A stretch of 64,000 nucleotides of DNA from Candidatus Bathyarchaeota archaeon (GTDB lineage Archaea; Thermoproteota; Bathyarchaeia; 40CM-2-53-6; RBG-13-38-9): contig CAWECG010000001.1 in assembly GCA_963807605.1 (NCBI GenBank), forward strand, positions 416,001 to 480,000. The letters run 5' to 3'. Within the stretch, counting starts at the first letter, position 1, and the number at the start of each line of letters is the position of its first letter. The translations under genes were made by a program, and so were the position numbers. Below, piece after piece: positions 51,646 through 59,507 of the stretch. The notes under the pieces are model-generated. The model saw nothing but the letters and a program-made list of their open reading frames with translations, was not told the origin of the DNA and made no database searches.

Positions 51646-52083
51646 TTGAACAAGCATGATTATGGGCCCACCGTCAGACTGGCTATTATCTCACTTGTAT
51701 TATGCGGGCTAATCTTTCCCCTGTTCGTAACAGGATTAGCGCAACTCCTGCTACCCTATCAAGCAAACGGGGAGATAATCCAGTTCAATGGACGTTATGT
51801 CGGTTCCATTCTGATTGCACAGAATTTCAGTTCACCCATGCTCTTCCATCCAAGAAATGATTCAGCTTCCGGCGTGGATCCCGACATTACTCTTCAGGAC
51901 GGTTATTCTCAGATTCCAAGGATCCAGGCAGCAACTGGAATCCCCTCGGAAGTACTCAAACACGTTGTTGATGAAAACGTCGAGAGAACGTTATGGGTTG
52001 TTGGCGAACCATACGTTAACGTCCTCAGACTCAACCTGGTACTTGTCAAGGAAAACCCTTCAATTTACAAGTCATTCAGCTGA
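51646..52083 (+). CDS. kdpC: K+-transporting ATPase subunit C (short form)
   Basis: PYQANG, GS.LIAQ.F, FHPR, SASGVDPDI, VNVLRLNL. Confidence 0.93.
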   Translation: MNKHDYGPTVRLAIISLVLCGLIFPLFVTGLAQLLLPYQANGEIIQFNGRYVGSILIAQNFSSPMLFHPRNDSASGVDPDITLQDGYSQIPRIQAATGIPSEVLKHVVDENVERTLWVVGEPYVNVLRLNLVLVKENPSIYKSFS

Positions 52084-52259
52084 CACTTACCACATTAGAA
52101 TGCTGTCAATGTTCGATGGTGTTGGCTTTTCTCGTTGCAAGTTACGCGCATGAGTTAAGCCCTCCCACACTAGGCCACACTATAGTCTAGGACAGACAAA
52201 ATACTTGTATAACCTCGTGACTCTAAATTAAGACAAATTTGTGTCTTGGGGCAGTCCTA

Positions 52260-53279
52260 ATGAATGGAAAGCTCCACCAGCAGATTCTGATCTGGTGGCG
52301 GGCCTTCAGATATCACTTCGTACCACCAAGTATATTTCCAGCTACATTGGGGGCGGCGATCAGTTTGAGTGTTGATAAAACCTTTTCCACGGAGATTTTC
52401 TTTCTCGTTCTGCTAGGTGTGGTCGTGAATCATTTTGCTCTAAACATGACAGATGACTATTATGACTTCAAACACGCTGTAGATCAACAGAAACCCGGAG
52501 AAAAGAACCCGTACACTGGTGGAAGTGGCACCCTAAGCAGCGGCCTCATAACGCCACATCACATGTTGATGGCTTTTGTCGTATGCTACGGCATTACAAC
52601 TGGAATCGGAATTTACCTTGCTTGGATTAAAGGCTGGCCCATCTTGGCATTTGGAATGTTTGGCGTTTTCTGCTCGATCTTTTACACGATGCCTCCCATA
52701 AGTTACTCTCATCATGGGTTAGGCGAGCTAGGTCTCCTTGTGAACTTTGGATCAATCATAGGTTTAGGCTCCTATTTCGTTCAAGCTCACAAGCTCTCGC
52801 TGCAGGCTTTTCTAGCAACGTTACCTATGGGAATAATGCTATTCTCCATGATAGTGATAAACGAAATTCCAGACTATGAGACAGACAAGATGGCGGGAAA
52901 ACTGACTCTTGTCGCTAGATACGGTAAGAAGGCGGGCATAAAAATCTACATTTTGAGCTGGATCTGCACTTATTCAGTGATAATCGGCGCCGTTGCCCTT
53001 CAGTTAATCCCCAGGCTCTGTGTAATCGCGCTGGCCTCGGTCCCTCTGGCCTACAGATCAATCGAGTTTCTGAAACATCACTATAACAGCCCCACGGAGT
53101 TGGCACCGGCAAATCTTGATATGATCAAGGCTCACAGCGTCACCTCCATAGGCCTTATCGCCGCTTATGCTCTACAAGGGTTGATCAATGGAGCCAGCGC
53201 TGTCCAGTTGGGCATAATTATCCTGCTATTGGTGGGGTTCTACGCCCCAGCGGCGATCCCTCTGCTGAAAAAGCACTAA
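52260..53279 (+). CDS. MenA-like UbiA-superfamily prenyltransferase
   Basis: NMTDDYYDFKHAVD, YTMPP.SY..GLGE, NEIPDYETDKMAGK.TL. Confidence 0.85.
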   Translation: MNGKLHQQILIWWRAFRYHFVPPSIFPATLGAAISLSVDKTFSTEIFFLVLLGVVVNHFALNMTDDYYDFKHAVDQQKPGEKNPYTGGSGTLSSGLITPHHMLMAFVVCYGITTGIGIYLAWIKGWPILAFGMFGVFCSIFYTMPPISYSHHGLGELGLLVNFGSIIGLGSYFVQAHKLSLQAFLATLPMGIMLFSMIVINEIPDYETDKMAGKLTLVARYGKKAGIKIYILSWICTYSVIIGAVALQLIPRLCVIALASVPLAYRSIEFLKHHYNSPTELAPANLDMIKAHSVTSIGLIAAYALQGLINGASAVQLGIIILLLVGFYAPAAIPLLKKH

Positions 53280-53446
53280 AGGTGACAGACTCATTTGCTG
53301 CTACACGCGGTGCCCAGCCATCAAGATGCCTAGGAAGTCTACGCTTGTTGTCAGCGGACCTCAAATTATAGAACCTCCACAATATTTTTTATTAATGAAT
53401 GATTGAGTAACCTGCCAGCCTTAGGGCGTATGACGAGGATCAGGCT

Positions 53447-54316
53447 ATGAAAAAGCTGCTAGGTTTCATAAAAATGACCAGACCATACGTCCTTCTATCT
53501 TCAAGTTTCATTTTCATCGGTTCCGCATTCCTTGGTGTTAAAGGCATCCCATCCGCGTGGCCTTTCTTCATAGGCTATTTGGCAGTAGTCTTGGCGACAG
53601 CAGCCGTACACACATTCAATGATTATTCCGATTGGAAAACCGATGCCAAGAACCCGAGAACTTCAAAACGGCCGATCCCAACTGGTTTGATATCGCCGAA
53701 CGAAGCTCTCTTGGCTGCGCTGGCTTACGGGTTGGGCGCACTTGCATTGGCTCTTCTGCTTAATACCCCTTCATTCTTGATAGCTCTAGTTGCCGTTCCT
53801 ACACCCTTCGTTTACGCCTACTTCAAAAGACATAGAATTCCCTTCGGCTTCATCTGCCCAGCAGCCGCGGCAATTCTCCTAACACTCTTCGGAGCCGCAA
53901 CATTGACAGGTGAAGTCATGGCTGGCCAAGTGTGGCTCTTATTAGTTGTGAATCTACTTTGGGAGCCTGGGCGCGATTTCATTAGCGAGATCCAAGACTC
54001 GTCAGTCGATAAGACCTCAGGGTTCCTCACATTGCCAGTCATCTTGTCGCCAAAAGGAGCCGCTAAATGTGTTCTTGCTCTTTTTGTAATGACCTCAATT
54101 GCAGGTGTACTAGCAGGAATACCTGCAAGACTTGGAGGTCCATATCTCATTATTGCCTTGTTAGCGGGTATTTGGCTGACTTACAGAAGTACAGAGATTG
54201 TTAAAGAGCCGACCACTAAGAATGCTGTGAAGATGCGGATCCGTGCTCCGAGATACCTGATGGCAATTGTTATTGCCATCATAATTGGCCACATCATTGG
54301 TGGCAGCATAATATAA
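53447..54316 (+). CDS. UbiA-superfamily prenyltransferase (DGGGP-synthase/UbiA-like)
   Basis: MTRP, FNDYSDWKTD.KN...RPIPTG, EIQD..VD...TLP. Confidence 0.85.
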   Translation: MKKLLGFIKMTRPYVLLSSSFIFIGSAFLGVKGIPSAWPFFIGYLAVVLATAAVHTFNDYSDWKTDAKNPRTSKRPIPTGLISPNEALLAALAYGLGALALALLLNTPSFLIALVAVPTPFVYAYFKRHRIPFGFICPAAAAILLTLFGAATLTGEVMAGQVWLLLVVNLLWEPGRDFISEIQDSSVDKTSGFLTLPVILSPKGAAKCVLALFVMTSIAGVLAGIPARLGGPYLIIALLAGIWLTYRSTEIVKEPTTKNAVKMRIRAPRYLMAIVIAIIIGHIIGGSII

Positions 54317-54687
54317 TCCAGAATAGTGGCAGAGAAACCGCGAGCGTAATTATTTTGATTTGGATTGTTTGGCCTAACGGTTTCTTTATCCTCAATCCTA
54401 TTATCACTATTGAGGCTAAAACAACTGCTAATGTAATTGCCGCGAAATAGACTGACCATGATGTTTCTGTCTTATTCGTCGTTTCCGTCCTTGTCTGATT
54501 GTTTGTTGCTTTCGCGCGCGCTAGCGACGCTTGTGTCGTATTTGTGGACATGCATCATTGCTGCTTCTACCGTGGCTCATAGTAGTCATCCGCTTCCTTC
54601 ACGTGTTACACTTCTATGTCCGGCTATCCCAGATGAAGTGGTAGGGGCTAGCCCAGCATAGCTGTATAGTCCTCTAGCGCGCGTTAC

Positions 54688-55989
54688 TCACAGACATTGA
54701 CCCTCAGTTTTCAGCGCTTCCTTCAAGATCTTTACGGCACAATATCCGGAGCACATTGAACACGTCTCGGGATTTTTCAGTCTGATTCTGTCGCGAATCT
54801 TCGCGGCTTTCTCTGGATCCAAGGCATTCTCCAGCTGACTTTCCCAATCAAGGTTCGCTCTAGCTTTTGCCATGGCCAAGTCACGAGCGGCCGCTTTTGA
54901 TCCAAGCTTTGCAATGTCGACTGCGTGTGCCGATATTTTGGTAGCCATAACACCTTCTTTAACATCTTCTAAAAGGGGCAAACCCAGATGCTCTGAAGGC
55001 GTCAGGTAACAAAGGAAGTCAGCTCCGGCGAGTCCTGCAAGGGCTCCACCGATAGCTCCAACGATGTGGTCGTATCCCGGTGCTATCTCAGTTCCAAGGG
55101 GACCTAGTACATAGAGAGGCGCCCCCTTGCATATCGACTTTGCAAGCAGAACATTTGATTCTATTTCGTTAAGCGGTAGATGCCCAGGTCCTTCAACTAT
55201 AGCTTGTACATTTGCAGTCCTGGCTCTTTCCACGAGTTCTCCTATTGTGAGCAACTCCTGAATTTGAGGCCAGTCGGTTGAATCGAAAATGCATCCTGGT
55301 CTAAGGCCATCGCCTAGGCTTAGTGCAAAGTCGTATTTTGCAGCCAATTCCAGAAGGTAGTCGTAGTTTGCGTACAAGGGATTTTCTTTATTATGATGCA
55401 GGATCCATGCGGCTAGAAAGGTGCCTCCGCGGCTGACAATTCCCATCAGGCGTGGGTGCTTTGCTATCCGTTTGACGATTTGTTGTGTTACCCCGCAATG
55501 GACTGTCATGAAGTCAACGCCATCTTTGGCGTGTTCTTCTATCGTGTTGAAGATGTCATCTTCGGTCATGTGTATAATTGAGCCCCTCTTCTCAGATGCT
55601 TCGATAGCGGTTTGATATATGGGGACGGTTCCAATTGGAACATTAACATTCCTAAGAATCGACCTTCGTATATCATTCAAGTTGCCGCTTGTGCTAAGAT
55701 CCATAATGGTGTCTGTGCCATACTTGACAGCGATCTTAGCCTTCTCGATTTCTAAATTGAGATCACATAAGTCAGGGCTTGTTCCTATGTTTGTGTTGAT
55801 TTTGGTGCGCAGCCCTTTTCCAATTCCAATTGGATGAACATTTTCGCGTTGATTATTTCTGGCTATGATTACGGTTCCTTCAGCTATTCGTTGACATATC
55901 GTTGAAGGCAGCTCATCTTCATCCTTGGCTACTGTACGCATTTCTTCTGTTATTTGTCCCTTCTTCGCAAATCCTATTTGGGTTGCCAA
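54688..55989 (-). CDS. thiC: Phosphomethylpyrimidine synthase
   Basis: KINTNIGTS, MDLST, GTVPIYQ, VSRGG, EGPGH, YDHI, CSMCSGYC. Confidence 0.97.
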   Translation of the reverse strand: MATQIGFAKKGQITEEMRTVAKDEDELPSTICQRIAEGTVIIARNNQRENVHPIGIGKGLRTKINTNIGTSPDLCDLNLEIEKAKIAVKYGTDTIMDLSTSGNLNDIRRSILRNVNVPIGTVPIYQTAIEASEKRGSIIHMTEDDIFNTIEEHAKDGVDFMTVHCGVTQQIVKRIAKHPRLMGIVSRGGTFLAAWILHHNKENPLYANYDYLLELAAKYDFALSLGDGLRPGCIFDSTDWPQIQELLTIGELVERARTANVQAIVEGPGHLPLNEIESNVLLAKSICKGAPLYVLGPLGTEIAPGYDHIVGAIGGALAGLAGADFLCYLTPSEHLGLPLLEDVKEGVMATKISAHAVDIAKLGSKAAARDLAMAKARANLDWESQLENALDPEKAAKIRDRIRLKNPETCSMCSGYCAVKILKEALKTEGQCL

Positions 55990-56064
55990 ATTGATTTATC
56001 GCTCCAACCCAAGAAAAGCCGAGTTAGATCTGAGTTAGAGTGCACCAAATCAGGAATTCGGTAC

Positions 56065-56156
56065 ACGCCCCCTCCGCCAGCATTATCTGAATGAGGTTCT
56101 AGGGTCGGCGGTTCACCAGACCGCCCTCTCAGCCGGCTAACCAGCTCCCCTGGCGC
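56065..56156 (-). ncRNA. TPP riboswitch aptamer in the thiC leader
   Basis: GCGCC-AGGGG..CTGAGAG..GACCCTAGAACCT..GATAATGCTGGCGGAGGG-GGCGT: CUGAGA, ACCC/GAACCU, UAAU and GCG.AGGG landmarks; P1 GCGCC/GGCGU. Confidence 0.9.
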
Positions 56157-56185
56157 TTGCTTGTCTGAAATCGACAATACTCCGG

Positions 56186-56201
56186 AATTTAAAGTCTTTT
56201 G
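56186..56201 (-). promoter_or_regulatory. BRE/TATA promoter for the riboswitch-thiC transcript
   Basis: CAAAAGAC TTTAAA about 30 nt upstream of the aptamer 5' end. Confidence 0.6.
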
Positions 56202-56402
56202 TAGATACCTGCATAACTGTTCTAGCGCGCGCCTGAAGTATATGTCGGCTGGATAGAGATAACCGTGCGCGCTGACGTCGAGGAAGGTTCATATGTGCAA
56301 TATCGGAAGGGGTAGGCATTGTTAGCTCCTCAGTGAGCGTTAGCCGAAAAAGAGTCGGTAGACAAAGGGTCGCGATATCACAATAATCATGATGAAAGAG
56401 AT

Positions 56403-59393
56403 TTGCTCACAGGACACGCCTCGCTTCAAGAAGAACTAGAAGACATTGAGACATACGCACAGCCTTTATCCAAAATATCAGAAAAGTGGGGTTCAGATCT
56501 TGAACGTGGTCTCTCCGACAATGAAGCCAAAGAAAGACTTCGAGAATATGGTCTGAACCTAATTCCAAAGATAAAGCCTAGCTTTTACAGGATATATCTT
56601 GCACCCTTCCTCAATTGGCTGATAGATATCTATTTGATTATTAGCATAGTCTTGGCATTTCTTGCATTCTTCGTGCTGCATGAGGCTTATGGGCCAGTAA
56701 CCTTCTGGCTCTCAGTGATTAGTGTCAACGCCGTCGTAGCCGTGGTGCAGGAGGCCAGAGCGCAAAAGAAAATGGAGGCGCTCCAGAAGCTTTCCGCTTC
56801 AAAGAGCAAAGTAGTCCGAAAGGGTAGGCTCCTCGAAATACCATCAGAGCAGATAGTTCCAGGAGATATCATAAGACTTGAACAGGGAGACAGAATCCCT
56901 GGTGATGCTAGGATCATCAACGCGTCGAGCCTCAGGGTGAATGAAGCATCTCTAACTGGAGAGTCTGAAGAAGTAGAAAAATTCGAGGACGACACACCAG
57001 TTGAACAGGGCACTCCTATTCCCGGAAGGAGAGACATGGTATTTCTAGGCACATTCGTGATTGCAGGCACGGCAAAGGCACTGATAACACAGACTGGAAG
57101 AGCAACTCAACTCGGAAGAATAGCAGGGAACATGGAAGGCCTTGACACTTATGAAATACCTCTACGCACTAAAGTCAACCGGCTGGCAAAATATCTTGGG
57201 CTTGCTGTTTTGACTTATCTCAGCATCTCGCTAACATATCACATAACTTCTCTTTACTTGCACAATAACCTCTTCGTAGCGGGTATCTTCAACACACCAT
57301 TAGTAGCAAGAAGAGTAGTCGAAAGCTTGATCACGGCTATGTCGATCATGCCAATCAATATCCCATTTTTAATTACAGTTGTTCTTCTCACCGGTGTTTT
57401 GACTATGGCCAATAAGCAAGTCATAATACGCGATTTGAATGCCGTTGAGAGCCTTGGTCGAGTATCCATAGTTTGCTCCGACAAAACTGGTACCATCACT
57501 AGAAACGAAATGACGGTAAAGTGGATTTGTTTACTTTCTAGTCGAAAAGATTACCTTTTCGGTGTCACGGGTGTCGGATTCCGCCCCAACGGAAGGATCA
57601 TAGAAATCGATCCAGATTCAAGTTTCGAAGAGACTATTAAAAAAGAGCCCGAACTTCATCATGGAAATGAGATCGAAATAGGATCTGAAACGCCTCTTGA
57701 ATACCTTATCGTATCAGGATTGCTCAACAACGACAGCACAATCACCAAAGGAATGGTGGAGAGCCCTGACGAGGAGAGAGAGGAAGATGCTTACCGTCCC
57801 TTAGGCGATACTACTGACGCCTCGATAGTAACATTATTCCACAAATCAAAACTCCAGGAAGAAATATACAGATCTAGATTTCAAGAAGCCTTCAATTATC
57901 CGTTTGATTCAAATTTAAAGCGTACAACAAGAATCCTCAGAGACAACAAGAACAACCGATATGCTGTTTTTACGAAAGGAGCTACCGAGATCCTCCTACC
58001 ATTTTGTAACTACATCACAAAAGGCGTCGTCACTGAAGTGGACATCCTAACAGACAAGGAGAGGGCTCAAATCTGCACAAGAGCCGATGGTTTCGCGTCG
58101 TCAGGTTATAGGGTCATCTCATTTGCTTTCAAGTATCTGGAAGAACTACCGTCGGCCAGTAAGAGCGTAAGAGAACTTGCTGAGGATAATCTAACCTATC
58201 TCGGCTTCGTGGCCATCATCGACCCCCCAAGGAAGGATGTTCACGAATCGGTGCTTGAGGCTAAGAGCGCAGGAATAAAACCTGTCATGATAACCGGCGA
58301 CAACTTGAAAACGGCGCGAAGCATCGCAGAGCAAGTAGGAATCGCCGGAGAACTCGATTTGGCTGTCGAAGGACATGAAATCCAGACCCTACCCGATGAA
58401 GATTTCTTGAGAACGTCTGTGTTTGCTAGAGTCACTCCAGAACATAAAATGAGTATAGTGGAACGTTACAAGAGACAGGATCACGTTGTGGTGGCAACTG
58501 GCGACGGTGTCAACGATGCACTGGCGATCTCTGTAGCTGATGTCGGCATCGCTATGGGCATTACTGGAACGGACGTTGCAAAAGAGGCTGCAGACATTGT
58601 AATAGCAGACGACTCGTTCAACTCAATTATTAGAGGTATCCGTGAGGGCCGAGGTCTCTTTCAGAAAATTCGAGCCATAATTTTCTTTTACATAGCGGTA
58701 AACCTCGCGGAAGCCTTGATCTATTTTGGTTCTTCATTAATCCCCAGCTTTCATCTACTGAACATGGCGCAACGTATCTATATCTTCACTACAGCGCATA
58801 CGATACCACCACTCGGGATTATTGTAGATCGCGTAAGTAAGGATGTGATGAAAGAAAAGCCACGAGACACAGAAGCCATTTTGAATAAACGACTGGTTAT
58901 CGCGCTCCTACTCTTTTCAGCATCATTGGGACTCATGCTTTATGCTGTCTATTTCTTCACCCTGGGCGGTACCATTCCTGTCTTCGCAGGAAACAGAATA
59001 GGATATGTTCCGGACTTCAATCCCAACAATCTCTTAGACTCAGTTAATTGGAGTCAGGCGAAGGCTCGCACAATGCTGCTTACGGTCATATTTGTGGCAG
59101 AGTGCGCATTGGTAATCTCCTTAAGAAGGATGAACAAATCGTTCAGCAAAATATTAAAAGAAGACAATTATTGGATTATCTGGCCGCTCATACTGTTCGT
59201 TCCACTAGCTCATGTGTTATTGATGTATGTCCCAGCGATTCAATTGTTTCTGGCAGTTCGCTTAGGTATTGATCTCGAACTTATTACACTTACATGGATC
59301 GATTGGATTATTGCTTTCGCTGTTGGATTGACTCCTATCGCGTTATTGGAGGCTTGCAAATATTGGGTGCGCAAGAAAAGATCCAACTTTTAG
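56403..59393 (+). CDS. P-type ATPase, P2A-like scaffold with atypical membrane site (PINIP)
   Basis: TGES, CSDKTGT, KGA.E, MITGD, GDGVND; M4 reads SIMPINIP instead of AIPEGLP. Confidence 0.93.
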   Translation: MLTGHASLQEELEDIETYAQPLSKISEKWGSDLERGLSDNEAKERLREYGLNLIPKIKPSFYRIYLAPFLNWLIDIYLIISIVLAFLAFFVLHEAYGPVTFWLSVISVNAVVAVVQEARAQKKMEALQKLSASKSKVVRKGRLLEIPSEQIVPGDIIRLEQGDRIPGDARIINASSLRVNEASLTGESEEVEKFEDDTPVEQGTPIPGRRDMVFLGTFVIAGTAKALITQTGRATQLGRIAGNMEGLDTYEIPLRTKVNRLAKYLGLAVLTYLSISLTYHITSLYLHNNLFVAGIFNTPLVARRVVESLITAMSIMPINIPFLITVVLLTGVLTMANKQVIIRDLNAVESLGRVSIVCSDKTGTITRNEMTVKWICLLSSRKDYLFGVTGVGFRPNGRIIEIDPDSSFEETIKKEPELHHGNEIEIGSETPLEYLIVSGLLNNDSTITKGMVESPDEEREEDAYRPLGDTTDASIVTLFHKSKLQEEIYRSRFQEAFNYPFDSNLKRTTRILRDNKNNRYAVFTKGATEILLPFCNYITKGVVTEVDILTDKERAQICTRADGFASSGYRVISFAFKYLEELPSASKSVRELAEDNLTYLGFVAIIDPPRKDVHESVLEAKSAGIKPVMITGDNLKTARSIAEQVGIAGELDLAVEGHEIQTLPDEDFLRTSVFARVTPEHKMSIVERYKRQDHVVVATGDGVNDALAISVADVGIAMGITGTDVAKEAADIVIADDSFNSIIRGIREGRGLFQKIRAIIFFYIAVNLAEALIYFGSSLIPSFHLLNMAQRIYIFTTAHTIPPLGIIVDRVSKDVMKEKPRDTEAILNKRLVIALLLFSASLGLMLYAVYFFTLGGTIPVFAGNRIGYVPDFNPNNLLDSVNWSQAKARTMLLTVIFVAECALVISLRRMNKSFSKILKEDNYWIIWPLILFVPLAHVLLMYVPAIQLFLAVRLGIDLELITLTWIDWIIAFAVGLTPIALLEACKYWVRKKRSNF

Positions 59394-59479
59394 TCTCGTT
59401 GGAATCTTCTGAGGTCAATGTTTTACAGACACAAAAAATTCGAGCACGCTAGAGCTTCGTATTCGTGTGTACAGTAAAA

Positions 59480-59507
59480 TGGTGCGGGGGAGGGGATTCG
59501 CGCACTA
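59480..59507 (-). other. tRNA(Leu)-like 3'-end fragment (att-like) at the aglB stop
   Basis: Minus strand reads CGAAT CCCCT CCCCCGC A CCA; framed by the TGGTGCG/CGCACTA inverted repeat. Confidence 0.65.

Noticed and set aside
54294-54551. 85-aa minus-strand ORF with T-rich linker and TM helix
   Set aside because: Overlaps the ubiA-like 3' end, contains the intergenic GCGCGC motif and lacks an SD; at most a gene remnant.
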